A stretch of 64,000 bases of DNA, taken from contig CBDCSU010000006.1 of NCBI GenBank assembly GCA_965221775.1, forward strand, positions 2,400,001-2,464,000, written 5' to 3'. The notes under the pieces are model-generated. The model searched no databases. It worked only from the letters and a program-made list of their open reading frames with translations, and was not told the origin of the DNA. The translations under genes and the position numbers were made by a program. This document shows, piece after piece, positions 26,801-36,760 of the stretch. The stretch is from Candidatus Latescibacterota bacterium. GTDB taxonomy: Bacteria > Latescibacterota > UBA2968 > UBA8231. Position 1 is the first letter of the stretch, and each line of letters starts with the position of its first letter.

Positions 26801-28180
26801 GCCTTCTCTCCGGATGGCTCCATGCTGGCGGCTGGTTTCGGAGATTCCGACAGGGGTGTCCTAAAGACATGGGATTTGAGCACCGGTACGAGCGCATCCT
26901 ATTCGTGGGCCACCGGATACGTCCTCGCTGTCGCCTTCTCTCCGGATGGCAGCACCGTTGCTGCGGCGCTGAGCAGTGGTGGCGGTCCCGATGCGAATAC
27001 CGTCAAGCTGATGAATCTTGATACGAAGGAGATTCGGACTCTCTCCGGGCACAGAGAGCATATCAGTGACATCGCCTTCTCCCGAGATGGGAGCGTCCTG
27101 GTTTCAGGCGCGGCTGATGGAACCGTTCGAGTCTGGAATCTGGAGACCGAGTCTTCCGAGGTCATCCATCCTCCCAATGGGGTTTCGACAGTGGCCATCT
27201 CCCCTAGCGGAGATTTCCTGGCGGTGGCCCAGGGAGACGATACGATTGGACTTGTCGATTGGAGGACAGGCGAGGAAGTCCTCACGCTGTTCCATGCCTA
27301 CAGTGTCCACTCCCTGGCTTTCCTGAACGATGGAGGCACGCTCATCTCGTCGGATGCCCGCACGGTGGAATTCTGGGACGTATCGCATTGGACGGTCCTC
27401 AGCCCGGAGTTGGTGTCGATCCAGTCTGGCGACGAGCAGGAGGCCGACATGGGCATGGCGTTGGCGGAGCCCTTCGTCGTCTCCGTGCTGGATCAGCATG
27501 GAGATCCCTACGCGGGTGCAGAGGTTGCCTTCACGATTACCGCCGGCGATGGCACTCTGTCCACCGCCACGGCCACCACCGATACGAATGGACGGGCTTC
27601 GGCCACCCTGACGTTGGGCCAGGACCCGGGACCCAATACGGTCGAAGCCACAGTGACAGGCTTGGAGCCTGTCGTATTCACGGCGACCACGAAGGCGTCT
27701 CCTGACTTCGATCAGGACGGCCACGTCGGACTCAGCGACTTTTTCCTTTTCGCGGAGCACTTCGGCAGCAACGACCCCCGCTTCGATCTGGACAGCGACG
27801 GCTCGGTGGACTTTGCGGACTTCTTCCTCTTCGCGGAGCACTTCGGCGAGGAAGAGCGGACCAAGCTGATCGCTTGGGCCCATGACTCGCTCGGCCTGCC
27901 CGATAGCCCCCAACTGCATCAGAACACGCCCAACCCCTTCAACGGCCAGACCGTGATCTCCTGGTTCGTGATGAAGTCCGGACCAGCCCATCTGGAGGTC
28001 TATGCCCTCACGGGACAGAGGGTAGCTGTCCTGAGTCAGGGATTCCATGGGGCCGGTATCCACCGACTCCAGTGGGACGGCCGCGATCAGCAGGGCCGTC
28101 CCCTGGCCAGCGGTGTCTATGTCTATCGGCTCGTGACGCCAAGGGAGACATACACACGGAAGATGACGCTGCTACGCTGA
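23849..28180 (+). CDS. Secreted M9 collagenase-like metallopeptidase with WD40 propeller, Ig-like, EF-hand/dockerin-like and C-terminal FlgD-Ig domains
   Basis: Signal peptide; M9 N-domain-like YDGTNDSGMLNL..VRSGY; HEYGHYL + WFDEGLAE; AFSPDG WD40 repeats; DFDQDGHVGLSDF; PNPFN tail. Confidence 0.85.
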   Translation: MRSLSIPLLIALLQVPLLPALSAAASGEQASPVHYSRIPPVHRAIQPLDGPWPDRRSAAKSLEVCPSMDIPSLQADALVDYLRSTSHHCVEQSLLSRDPDYRRAWPVVFSDANMQSVFAEIERLAPSYDGTNDSGMLNLWFFVRSGYGLYRWFPGTGVGPFNDATVQAFLDASDAFGASDHLLDSSGIFYEYFETGYAAGLQEIHLAPINRALSEFNPDDLDESLTISNWYASESLSIFDRVVSRTYAAFRYSSDRMPEFISAASQDPAFLEALLQASLHDSFYFFEEEIDPFRWRLRLLEVVVNTIVELSKLDASAEAATAALIEVVQWQERLNGAFLLAADRLEHLVECSPYNICRDILEAELYERALPRTYQLNDDLVIQTPLDIAAVRRFAQGAREIKSRFHRLTETDEGKTHLDTFRVRAYGSYQDYYEVERYLAPGVETRGIHAGGYYSQGVMASYDKKDQNTTLEDTFLHEYGHYLADRYGLLTIGDPWFDEGLAEFLHSDPAALIWQIDGSPRLSPSEVFDFVSYEGHSFTIANLYLYSNLWFHFMHQERRTQLMELLDLVGDEDSPGYQTVISAWRSDSQMEEDSDRFLVEHLDARGSSTFEAPYSFILPPSLMSDRADEIERALQAAGPDLSLNCEPHVTPHESRFRCSGSLPADPAFSGDRGELNEHLNARLDDFIAEALNLSEINNLTMMTCYFTDVSGDPLTSDLRCEGPLRPTDVDLQYAHLQSSVEVFSDEGGIRSVQQTGSGEVSYVGERLQLTAYLEFDVPEVSNVVFTWTSNPAVVESGGYSSCEKAGGTFGVLEVDEGVQHCGTVGGQYFSVAVLVKTLEPGLHEFSVSFESSESEDDLSDNTASVEVMIHRMPQHLESVSGFGNIVTAMAPSHDNSMLAVGLIDGQVETVDVETQAVTTTSMGSAQGGSLGYPGIRSLAFSPNDSLLAVGLHGGAVNLRGLSTGTLEVLLSDLPEGPDLVVTSVAFSPDGSMLAAGFGDSDRGVLKTWDLSTGTSASYSWATGYVLAVAFSPDGSTVAAALSSGGGPDANTVKLMNLDTKEIRTLSGHREHISDIAFSRDGSVLVSGAADGTVRVWNLETESSEVIHPPNGVSTVAISPSGDFLAVAQGDDTIGLVDWRTGEEVLTLFHAYSVHSLAFLNDGGTLISSDARTVEFWDVSHWTVLSPELVSIQSGDEQEADMGMALAEPFVVSVLDQHGDPYAGAEVAFTITAGDGTLSTATATTDTNGRASATLTLGQDPGPNTVEATVTGLEPVVFTATTKASPDFDQDGHVGLSDFFLFAEHFGSNDPRFDLDSDGSVDFADFFLFAEHFGEEERTKLIAWAHDSLGLPDSPQLHQNTPNPFNGQTVISWFVMKSGPAHLEVYALTGQRVAVLSQGFHGAGIHRLQWDGRDQQGRPLASGVYVYRLVTPRETYTRKMTLLR

Positions 28181-28235
28181 CCAGAAGGAGCAAGGCCTGA
28201 GGCCGCGCTCCGGACTCCTGCCGGACAGCCGGCCT

Positions 28236-28622
28236 TCAGCCGGCGTCCCCTAGAGGCGCAACACTGGCATAGAAGTTGACGATGTTGCCGTCGGGATCGC
28301 GGAACCAGACGGACCGCCGGCCCCAAGGCTGGGTGGTGGGTGGCTTCACGATCGGCACCCGCATCGCCTGAAGCCGGCCGAACTGCCGGTCCACGTCGGC
28401 AACCTCGAACTCGATCGTGTAGCCGCCGCGCCCCGCGCCCTGCATGCTCCCGGCTGCCATGTGCTCCATCTCCTCCTCCGAGAAGATCGAGAGGGAGGCG
28501 CCCTTGGTGGAGAGACCGACGAAGGTGCTGTTGACACTCCCCTCGACGCCGACGACCTCGATGTAGAACTCGGCAAGTCGGCGGACGTCCTTCGAGACGA
28601 TGCAGATTCCAGTGAAGCGCAT
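28236..28622 (-). CDS. VOC/glyoxalase family protein
   Basis: IEFEVADVD..PTTQPWGRRSVWFRDPDGNIV. Confidence 0.9.
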   Translation of the reverse strand: MRFTGICIVSKDVRRLAEFYIEVVGVEGSVNSTFVGLSTKGASLSIFSEEEMEHMAAGSMQGAGRGGYTIEFEVADVDRQFGRLQAMRVPIVKPPTTQPWGRRSVWFRDPDGNIVNFYASVAPLGDAG

Positions 28623-28648
28623 TGGGCCCTCCGGGTGATCGTCCACTC

Positions 28649-29401
28649 TCACACGTCCAGCACATAACGCGCCAGCGGCGTCAGCCGCCGGTCCGTCTCC
28701 GGCCTCAGGTACTCCCGCTGGTCGGTCTGCTGCCGGTGCTCGCGGGCGATGAAGGCGCAGTGCAGGAGCCGCCTCTGCGCCCCGGAGCGGTTGCGGGTGC
28801 AGCCGTGCCAGGCGCTGCCGTTGAAGACGCCCACCGACCCGGCCGGGGCCTCCAGGCAGACCTCGCCGGGATGGGGCGCCAGACGGTCGGCGACCTCCTC
28901 CCCCACACGGCCGGGGAACCGGTGGCTGCCCGGCACGATGCGGGTGGCGCCATTGTCGGCGCTCATGTCGTCGAGGATCCACATGGAGTTGACCACGTGA
29001 TACCGGCCGGGGGCGCGCTCGCCGCCCCAGTCGGAGTGCAGCTCCTGCTGGCCGTGGCCGGGCAGGGGATCGTGGCCGTTGAGGGAGTGCAGCTTGAAGG
29101 GCCGCCGAAGCACGTGCCACACGGCGGCCAGAAGGGCCGGATGCAGGTAGACGCCGTCGAAGACCTCGCCCTTGTTGACGAGGTCGGCCAGCCGGCGCAC
29201 TCCTTCGACCTGGGCCACCTCCTTGCCGGCTTCGTCGCCCTCGCCTTCGAAGACAGCTTCGAAAGCCTGCCGCAGTTCCTCGAGCCAGGCGGCGCCGATG
29301 ATGCCCTCGAGGATCAGGAAGCCGTCCTCGTCGAGCCGGGTCTTCTGCTCCGGGCTCAGCTCGGCCGGCTCGAGGCCGAGATCGGTCAGTCGTTCGTCCA
29401 T
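28649..29401 (-). CDS. Phytanoyl-CoA dioxygenase (PhyH) family protein
   Basis: LHSD, NGATRIVPGSH, WHG. Confidence 0.9.
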   Translation of the reverse strand: MDERLTDLGLEPAELSPEQKTRLDEDGFLILEGIIGAAWLEELRQAFEAVFEGEGDEAGKEVAQVEGVRRLADLVNKGEVFDGVYLHPALLAAVWHVLRRPFKLHSLNGHDPLPGHGQQELHSDWGGERAPGRYHVVNSMWILDDMSADNGATRIVPGSHRFPGRVGEEVADRLAPHPGEVCLEAPAGSVGVFNGSAWHGCTRNRSGAQRRLLHCAFIAREHRQQTDQREYLRPETDRRLTPLARYVLDV

Positions 29402-29985
29402 CACGACAGCTCGTCCAGGGTGAGGGAGAAGGCGGGCACGAAGCGCTCCATGAACCAGGCCACCTCGGGCAGGTCGAGGGCCTCGATCTCGGCTTCGAGG
29501 GTGGCCCTGGCGCGGGCGAACTCCTGGTTGCCGCTGTTCTCCTCCTCCAGGCACTTGAGGTAGGCGCAGAGCTTGTCGGCGGCCTTCACCAGCCTCGCCG
29601 GCCCGTCCTCCCCATCGGCCATGATCAGCGGGCGGTAGGCGCCGCGCAGCTCTTCGGGCAGCATCTCGAAGAGGCGGTGTCTCGCCGCGTCCTCGATGCG
29701 TCCGTAGGCCGAGCGCAGGGCCGGGTCGTGGTGCTTGATCGGGCTCGGCAGGTCGCCGGTGATCACCTCGCTCACCTCGTGGAAGACGGCCAGGGCCATC
29801 ACCCTCTCCGGGTCGACGGGCCGGCCGAAGACCTCCCGTGAGATCAGCGCCAGGCCGTGGGCGATCATCGCCGCCTGCAGGCTGTGCTCCTGTATGTTCT
29901 CGGTCCGCGTGTTGCGCATGACCCCCCAGCGGGCGATGTACTTCATGCGCGCCAGGTAGGCGAAGAAGTGGCTGGTCTCCGGCAA
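29401..29985 (-). CDS. yfbR: HD-domain 5'-deoxynucleotidase
   Basis: SHFFAYLARMKYIARW, ENIQEHS, ITGDLPSPIK, KAADKLCAYLKC. Confidence 0.9.
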   Translation of the reverse strand: MPETSHFFAYLARMKYIARWGVMRNTRTENIQEHSLQAAMIAHGLALISREVFGRPVDPERVMALAVFHEVSEVITGDLPSPIKHHDPALRSAYGRIEDAARHRLFEMLPEELRGAYRPLIMADGEDGPARLVKAADKLCAYLKCLEEENSGNQEFARARATLEAEIEALDLPEVAWFMERFVPAFSLTLDELS

Positions 29986-30139
29986 GCGGCTCGTCTCCTT
30001 TCCCGCGCGTTGACAGTCTCGGCGGCGCCCGGTTATTTTACGCCTTTCCTGCCGCCGCCGCGGCAAGCAGCTCTCCAAGCCGCTGCAACGTCTTCATTTC
30101 CAGTTACATACAGGCTTTTCCAAGGGCCTTGCCGTCGAC

Positions 30140-33100
30140 ATGGCCGTTGCGCCCGCCCTCGATCCCGTCGCCCGAACGACCGCCCAGTCCGCCCCCGTGC
30201 GGCAGGTCCTCGACCGGCTCGCCGGCGGGCGGGAAGTGCGGGTCCACGGACTGCCGGCGAGCCTCGGCGCCTTCCTGCTGACCGCCGCCCAGCGCGAGCT
30301 GGGGCGGTCGATCCTGGTGGTGGCCGCCGACGAGAGCCGGGCCGAGGCCTGGCGCGACGACCTGACGGCGGTGGCCGGCGCGGAGGTGGTCCGCTACTTC
30401 CCCATGTGGGACATCGATCTCTACGACGGGCGCTCCCCCGACATGGAGGTCTCGGCCCTGCGCATCGAGGCGGCGGCGCGGCTGGCGGACGGCTCCCCGA
30501 CGATCGTCGTCGCCCCCGCGGCGGCCCTGCTGTCGCCGCTGATCCCGGCCGCCGTCCTGGAGCGCGCCACCCTGCGCCTGGCCTGCGGCCAGGTCCAGCC
30601 CCTCGACGACCTGGTCTCCCATCTCGTCGACGCCGGCTTCGAGCGCGTGCCGATCATCGACGGCCTCGGGCAGTTCAGCTCCCGCGGGGGTATCCTCGAC
30701 ATCTATCCCCCCGGCGTCGAGCACCCGCTGCGCCTGGAGTTCTTCGACGACGAGATCGAGTCGATCCGCACCTTCGACGTGGGCACGCAGCGCTCCCTCG
30801 ACGCCTGCCCCGAGGCGGTGGTGCTGCCGGTGTGCGAGGTCGTCCTGCACCGGCCCTTCTTCGACGATTTCGTGCCCAACCTCGAGAAGGCCGAGGAGGA
30901 GACCGGCGTCGATCTCATCGAGGTCAAGGACCCGCTCGAGCTCGGCACCGCCACCCTGGAGGGCATCGAGGCGGTGATGGGCGTGCTCTACGGCCCGGGC
31001 GACGGCCTCTTCGAGTACCTTCCCGCCGATGCCGTGGTCTGGGCCGACGAGACCGACGACATCGACGCCGACGTGGAGAAGCAGCAGGCCCCCTCGCGGC
31101 GCGACTACGAGCGCCACGCCGGCCGCGGCACCCACCTGCCGCCGGAGCGCCTGGTGCGCGAGACCTCCTGGCTCCACGGGCGGGTGGCGCGCCACCCGCG
31201 GGTCCGAACCGCTCCCGTCGGCGAGGGCGGGGAGGCCGTCCGCTTCGGCGCCTCGGAGCCGCGTATCGTCCAGGGCGACCTGAACGTCCTCCGCCAGGAG
31301 ATCGCCCGCCTCGGCCGCCAGAACTACGCCGTCCACATCCTCAGCGAGACCCGGGGCCAGTCGAGCCGCCTGCAGGAGATCTTCGCCGAGTGGGGCGACG
31401 ACATCGTCTTCGGCCTCGGCAGCCTGAGCCGCGGCTTCGTCTTCCCCGAGGCGGGGGTGGCGGTCCTCAACGACCACGAGATCTTCTCGCGCAACAAGAG
31501 CCGCCACCGCTACCGGCGCTTCAAGGCGGCCAAGCCGATCTCCTCCTTCGACGCCCTGGGCGTTGGCGACTTCGTGGTCCACGTCGACCACGGCATCGGC
31601 CGCTACCTGGGCCTGCGGCGGCTGACGATCACCAACCGCGACCACGACTGCCTGGAGGTCACGTACCAGGGCCGGGACAAGCTCTTCGTGCCCGTGGAGC
31701 AGCTCGACCGGCTGCGGCGCTACGCCAGCGCCGACGGCAGCCCGCCGCTGCTCAGCAAGCTCGGCTCGGGGGCCTGGGAGAAGCTCAAGGAGCGCACCCG
31801 GGAGGAGATCTTCAAGGCCGCCGCCGAGCTGATCCAGCTCTACGCCGAGCGCAAGTCCCTGCCGGGGGTCGGGTTCTCCGGGGACTCGCCGATGGTGCGC
31901 GAGCTGGAGGCCTCCTTCCCCTTCACCGAGACGCCGGACCAGCTGCGCACCGTGGAGGAGGTGAAGCACGACATGGAGGCGCCCCACCCCATGGACCGCC
32001 TGGTCTGCGGCGACGTGGGCTACGGCAAGACGGAGGTGGCGGTGCGCGCCTCCTTCAAGGCCGTGTGCGACCACAAGCAGGTGGCGGTGCTGGTGCCGAC
32101 GACGATCCTGGCGCAGCAGCACCTGCAGGTGTTCTCCGAGCGCATGGAGCCCTTCCCGGTGAGGGTGGAGGTCCTCTCCCGGTTCCGCACGGCGCGGGAG
32201 CAGAAGCAGGTGGTGGAGGACGTGAAGGCGGGCAAGGTGGATATCCTCATCGGCACCCACCGCCTCCTGGGCCGGGACATCCGCTTCCGCGACCTGGGGC
32301 TGCTGGTGGTCGACGAGGAGCAGCGCTTCGGCGTGCGCCACAAGGAGCGCCTGAAGCAGCTCAAGCGCCAGGTCGACGTCATCACCCTCACGGCGACGCC
32401 TATCCCGCGGACCCTGCACATGTCCCTCATGGGGGCCCGCGACATGTCGGTGATCAACACGCCGCCCCAGGACCGGCTGCCGATCCACACCGAGATCATC
32501 ACCTTCGACGAGGGCCGCATCGCCGCGGCCATCGAGCGCGAGGTGGAACGCGGAGGGCAGGTCTACTTCGTCCACAACCGCGTGCAGTCGATCCACGGCC
32601 TGGCGCGGTTCCTGTCCGAGCTGCTGCCCCAGGTGCGCTTCGCCGTGGCCCACGGCCAGATGCCGGCGCGCCAGCTCGAGAAGATCATGTTCGACTTCCT
32701 GGAACGGAAGTACGACTGCCTCGTCAGTACAATGATCATCGAGTCCGGCATCGACATCCCTTCCGTGAACACGATCCTGGTCAACCGCGCCGACATGCTG
32801 GGTCTCTCCCAGCTCTACCAGATCCGCGGCCGCGTGGGGCGCTCGAAGGAGCGCGCCTTCGCCTACCTGCTGGTGCCCAAGGGCAAGCGGCTGACCCGCA
32901 AGTCGCGCCTGCGCCTGCGCGCCGTGGAGGAGTTCGCCGACCTCGGCTCGGGCTTCAACATCGCCATGCGCGACATGGAGATCCGCGGCGCCGGCAACCT
33001 CCTGGGGGCGCAGCAGCACGGGTTCATCACCGCCGTCGGCTTCGACCTCTACACCCGGCTCCTCGACGAGGCGGTGCGGGAGCTGAAGGGCGAGCGGGTG

Positions 33101-33550
33101 GAGCACGCCGCCGATCCCGACATCAAGATCGCCGTCACCGCCTACCTGCCCGACGACTACGTGCCCGACACCGACCTCAAGATGGAGTTCTACCAGCGCC
33201 TGGCCGGGGCGGCGCGCATCGTCGACCTCCTGGCCGTGCGCGAGGAGCTGGAGGACCGCTTCGGCCGCCTCCCGTGGCAGGCGGCGTCGCTGCTCCACAT
33301 CATGGAGATCAAGGTCATGGCGCGGCAGCTGGGGCTGGAGGCGGTGCAGCTGGAGAAGTCCCGGTTCCGGATGGTCTTCCCCGAGACCCGGCAGGTCCCG
33401 CCCGCCGACCTGCGGCGGCTGGTGCAGAAGTCGTCGTCCGAGCTGGAGTTCAAGGTCGGCAAGGGGCTGACCATCGAGACCTTCCTGCGCGCCACGGACG
33501 AGCAGGAGCGGCTGGCGAAGGCCCGAGACCTTGTGGAACAACTGGTGTAG
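30140..33550 (+). CDS. mfd: Transcription-repair coupling factor
   Basis: UvrB-like N-terminus, CarD/RID domain, GDVGYGKTE, DEEQRFG, TRG motif, C-terminal TRCF domain. Confidence 0.98.
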   Translation: MAVAPALDPVARTTAQSAPVRQVLDRLAGGREVRVHGLPASLGAFLLTAAQRELGRSILVVAADESRAEAWRDDLTAVAGAEVVRYFPMWDIDLYDGRSPDMEVSALRIEAAARLADGSPTIVVAPAAALLSPLIPAAVLERATLRLACGQVQPLDDLVSHLVDAGFERVPIIDGLGQFSSRGGILDIYPPGVEHPLRLEFFDDEIESIRTFDVGTQRSLDACPEAVVLPVCEVVLHRPFFDDFVPNLEKAEEETGVDLIEVKDPLELGTATLEGIEAVMGVLYGPGDGLFEYLPADAVVWADETDDIDADVEKQQAPSRRDYERHAGRGTHLPPERLVRETSWLHGRVARHPRVRTAPVGEGGEAVRFGASEPRIVQGDLNVLRQEIARLGRQNYAVHILSETRGQSSRLQEIFAEWGDDIVFGLGSLSRGFVFPEAGVAVLNDHEIFSRNKSRHRYRRFKAAKPISSFDALGVGDFVVHVDHGIGRYLGLRRLTITNRDHDCLEVTYQGRDKLFVPVEQLDRLRRYASADGSPPLLSKLGSGAWEKLKERTREEIFKAAAELIQLYAERKSLPGVGFSGDSPMVRELEASFPFTETPDQLRTVEEVKHDMEAPHPMDRLVCGDVGYGKTEVAVRASFKAVCDHKQVAVLVPTTILAQQHLQVFSERMEPFPVRVEVLSRFRTAREQKQVVEDVKAGKVDILIGTHRLLGRDIRFRDLGLLVVDEEQRFGVRHKERLKQLKRQVDVITLTATPIPRTLHMSLMGARDMSVINTPPQDRLPIHTEIITFDEGRIAAAIEREVERGGQVYFVHNRVQSIHGLARFLSELLPQVRFAVAHGQMPARQLEKIMFDFLERKYDCLVSTMIIESGIDIPSVNTILVNRADMLGLSQLYQIRGRVGRSKERAFAYLLVPKGKRLTRKSRLRLRAVEEFADLGSGFNIAMRDMEIRGAGNLLGAQQHGFITAVGFDLYTRLLDEAVRELKGERVEHAADPDIKIAVTAYLPDDYVPDTDLKMEFYQRLAGAARIVDLLAVREELEDRFGRLPWQAASLLHIMEIKVMARQLGLEAVQLEKSRFRMVFPETRQVPPADLRRLVQKSSSELEFKVGKGLTIETFLRATDEQERLAKARDLVEQLV

Positions 33551-34361
33551 CCGCCCGGCGGGGGCCCTCCTCCTGGCCGCCCTCGCCGGCTGCTCCTCGC
33601 CCGCGCGGGAGGAGGTGGTGGCCCGCGTGGGCGCCTCGTCCCTCACCCGGCTCGAGCTGGAGGCCCAGGTCCCCGGCGAGGCCGGGCCGGAGCAGCGGCG
33701 GCGGTTCGTGGAGGACTGGGTCCGCCGGCAGCTGCTCTACCAGGAGGCCCTGGAGAGGCAGGTCCACGAGAGGCCGAGGATCCAGCGTCTCGTCGAGCAG
33801 GCCCGCGAGGACGTCATCGTCGCCGCCTACCTCGACAGCGAGTTCGGGAGCCGGTCGATCGAGATCGACCCGGGGGAGGTGCAGAGCTACTACGACGGCA
33901 ACCCCGGGGAGTTCACGCGCCAGGAGGACGAGATCCGGGCGCAGCACATCCTCGTCGACTCGCGGCGCGACGCCGAGAGCCTGCGACAGGAACTGCTGCG
34001 CGACGGCGGCTTCGAGGGCCGCGCGGCCGAGGTCTCCCTCGATGCGGCGACGGCGGGTTCCTCGGGCGACCTCGGCTACTTCACCGCCCGGGAGAGGCCC
34101 GAGCTGTGGGAGGCCTGCGCCGACCTCCAGCCGGGGGAGGTCTCGGACGTGGTCGCCTCCGGCAGCGGCTGGCACATCGTGCGCCTGCGGGACCGCCGGA
34201 GGGCCGGCAGCCTGCGCTCCCTCGACGAAGCGGGGGTGCGGCAGCAGATCGAGGAGGCCCTGGTCCGCGAGGGGTACCGGGGGCGCATACACGCCCTCGT
34301 CGACAGCCTGCGGGAGGAGCACAGCTGGGAGATCGACGAAACCTTGTCGAGGGCTCCATGA
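33531..34361 (+). CDS. PpiC-type peptidyl-prolyl isomerase lipoprotein
   Basis: Lipobox LAGC, AQHILV, GDLGYF, GWHIVR. Confidence 0.88.
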   Translation: MWNNWCSRPAGALLLAALAGCSSPAREEVVARVGASSLTRLELEAQVPGEAGPEQRRRFVEDWVRRQLLYQEALERQVHERPRIQRLVEQAREDVIVAAYLDSEFGSRSIEIDPGEVQSYYDGNPGEFTRQEDEIRAQHILVDSRRDAESLRQELLRDGGFEGRAAEVSLDAATAGSSGDLGYFTARERPELWEACADLQPGEVSDVVASGSGWHIVRLRDRRRAGSLRSLDEAGVRQQIEEALVREGYRGRIHALVDSLREEHSWEIDETLSRAP

Positions 34362-35707
34362 AGGCTTGCGCGCGCTGGTTCCTCGGCCTCCTCGCCGGTT
34401 GCGCCCTCTTCCCCTCCCGGGGGCCGGCGGAGCCGGAGCTCCTGGACCGCATCGTCGCCGTCGTCGACGACCAGGTGGTGCTGTGGTCGGAGCTGGAGCT
34501 GAGGACCCTGCTCCAGCTGCAGCAGCAAGGGCGCAACCCGGCCTTCCTCGAGCTCGAGGACGTGGCCGAGGAGCGCCGCCGCGTCCTCGAGGACATGGTG
34601 GCCGAGCTGGTGGTGGTGAAGAAGGCCCAGAAGGACAGCATCGAGGTCGATCCGGTGCAGGTCGAGGAATACCTCAACGCCGAGTTCGGACGCATGCGCG
34701 CCTCCATGGGGCCGGGCGAGCTGGAGCAGCTCCTCGAGAACTCGGGCATGACCGAACGCCAGTTGAAGGCGAGGGAGCGCAAGCGCATCCGCAACCGCCT
34801 CCTCTACGACCAGATGGTCTCGCAGCTGGCCTACCAGCAGTACCTCACCCGGCGGGACGTGGAGGCGTTCCGCGAGGCCTGGCTCGATTCCCCGCCGCCG
34901 AAGGTCTCGGTGAGCCAGATCAACCTCAAGATCGTCCCCGCCGACTCGGTGCGTCTGCGAGCCCGGGAGCGGATCGACCGCATCCAGGAGCGCCTCGACT
35001 CGGGAGAGGAGTTCGCCGAGGTGGCCCGCCAGTTGTCGGAGGATCCCGGCACCGCCGCGGCGGGGGGAGACCTGGGGTGCTTCTCGCCGGGCACCCTCAC
35101 CGCCGACTTCGAGCGCGCCGCCGTCGACCTGCGTCCCGGCGAGACGAGCGCGCCGGTGCTGACGCGCTTCGGCTTCCACCTGATCCTGCTGCACGAGAAG
35201 CGCGAGGGGGAGATGTGCGTCAGCCACATCCTGGTGCGGGCGCGGACCACCGAGGCCGACCGGGAGCGGGTGCGGGACCGGCTCGAGGATCTGCGCCGCC
35301 GGGCCCTGGCGGGGCAGGACTTCGCCCAACTGGCGCGGGACCACTCCGAGGACGCGCAGTCGGCCCGCCAGGGCGGGCTGTGGCAGATCCTCGACCGCGC
35401 CGCCATTCCCGACGTCCTGAACCCCTTCATCGGGCACCTCGGTCTCGGCGGCGTGAGCGAGCCGGTCATCCTCGACACGGGCGGCCACATCTTCAAGATC
35501 AACGACGACTTCGCCACCCTGGAGGCACTGGTGCGCGAAGAGCGGGTCGCCCACCGCATGGAGGAGGTGATCGCCGAGTACCGGCAGGAGATCCACGTGG
35601 AGGAGCGCCTCGACGACGAGTGGCTCTGGGACCCCCTGGGCTCCGCTGCCGCCGACCCGGCTGCGCGGCAGGACTCCGCCGCCGAGGAGCCCGGGGGAGG
35701 CCGCTGA
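34358..35707 (+). CDS. surA: SurA-like chaperone/PPIase
   Basis: DRIVAVVDD N-domain and two parvulin domains. Confidence 0.85.
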   Translation: MKACARWFLGLLAGCALFPSRGPAEPELLDRIVAVVDDQVVLWSELELRTLLQLQQQGRNPAFLELEDVAEERRRVLEDMVAELVVVKKAQKDSIEVDPVQVEEYLNAEFGRMRASMGPGELEQLLENSGMTERQLKARERKRIRNRLLYDQMVSQLAYQQYLTRRDVEAFREAWLDSPPPKVSVSQINLKIVPADSVRLRARERIDRIQERLDSGEEFAEVARQLSEDPGTAAAGGDLGCFSPGTLTADFERAAVDLRPGETSAPVLTRFGFHLILLHEKREGEMCVSHILVRARTTEADRERVRDRLEDLRRRALAGQDFAQLARDHSEDAQSARQGGLWQILDRAAIPDVLNPFIGHLGLGGVSEPVILDTGGHIFKINDDFATLEALVREERVAHRMEEVIAEYRQEIHVEERLDDEWLWDPLGSAAADPAARQDSAAEEPGGGR

Positions 35708-35711
35708 GTCC

Positions 35712-36005
35712 GTGGTGCGCCTCGACGCCTTCCTGAAGAACGCGGGCCTCTTCAAGGCACGTTCCCAGGCGCGGCGGGCCTGCGACGAGGGCCGGGTGCG
35801 CATCGGCGGGACTCCGGCCCGCGGCTCCCGCGCCGTGCGCGTCGGCGAGATCCTCGAGGTCGAGGCCGGCGGCCACCGCCTGGAGGTGGAGGTCCTCGAC
35901 CTGCCGCCGCGGCCGGTGGCGCGCTCGCAGCGCTGCCGCTACGTACGCGAGCTGCGGCGCGAGGCCCTGCCGGTGGAGGTCCTGTCCTTTGATGACGAGC
36001 CCTGA
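35712..36005 (+). CDS. S4-domain RNA-binding protein (Hsp15/RqcP-like)
   Basis: RLDAFLK..KARSQARRACDEGRV. Confidence 0.88.
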   Translation: MVRLDAFLKNAGLFKARSQARRACDEGRVRIGGTPARGSRAVRVGEILEVEAGGHRLEVEVLDLPPRPVARSQRCRYVRELRREALPVEVLSFDDEP

Positions 36006-36753
36006 GCCCGCCGTTCTCGAGCGCCGGCCGTACGAGGGCCTGGCCTCGATCTACGACTTCGTGATGCGCCACGTCGACTACCCGGCCTGGGCCAACTACG
36101 TCGCCTCCCTGCTGCGGCGCCACGACTGCGCGCCCGGCCGCCTTCTGGAGCTGGCCTGCGGCACGGGGAACGCCTCCTTCGCCCTGGCGGCGGCGGGTTA
36201 CCGCCTCACCGGGTACGACGCCTCCGAGGAGATGGTCCGGGTGGCCCGCGAGAAGGCCTCCCGCCAGCAGCGGGACCTGCGCTTCGGGGTCCGCGACCTG
36301 CGCGACCTGTCGGGCGTCGGGGAGCACGGGGCCGCCGTGTGCCTCTACGACAGCCTGAACTATCTGCTGAGCCTCGAAGAGGTGGGGCAGGCCCTGACCC
36401 AGGTGCATGGCGTGCTGTCGGAGGGCGCGGTCTTTATCTTCGACATCTGCACCGAGCAGAACTCCCTGCGTCACTTCAGGGACGTGCGCAGCTCCGAGCA
36501 CGGCCGCGGCTTCAGCTTTCGCCGCCATAGCCACTACTCCTCCGACGAACGCCTCCAGCACAACGACTTCGACATCTGCTTCGAGGACGGATCCCGGGTC
36601 CGGGAGACCCACGTGCAGCGCATCTACGAGTGCGGCGAGCTGGCCGCCGCCGTCGACGCCAGCCCCTTCGACCTCGTCGAGCTGCTCGACGGCTTCAGCC
36701 TGCGGCCGGGCTCCGACCTTTGCGACCGCGTCCACTTCGTCCTGCGCCGCTGA
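35992..36753 (+). CDS. Class I SAM-dependent methyltransferase
   Basis: LELACGTG, DSLNYL. Confidence 0.9.
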   Translation: MTSPEPAVLERRPYEGLASIYDFVMRHVDYPAWANYVASLLRRHDCAPGRLLELACGTGNASFALAAAGYRLTGYDASEEMVRVAREKASRQQRDLRFGVRDLRDLSGVGEHGAAVCLYDSLNYLLSLEEVGQALTQVHGVLSEGAVFIFDICTEQNSLRHFRDVRSSEHGRGFSFRRHSHYSSDERLQHNDFDICFEDGSRVRETHVQRIYECGELAAAVDASPFDLVELLDGFSLRPGSDLCDRVHFVLRR

Positions 36754-36760
36754 GCCGCTC

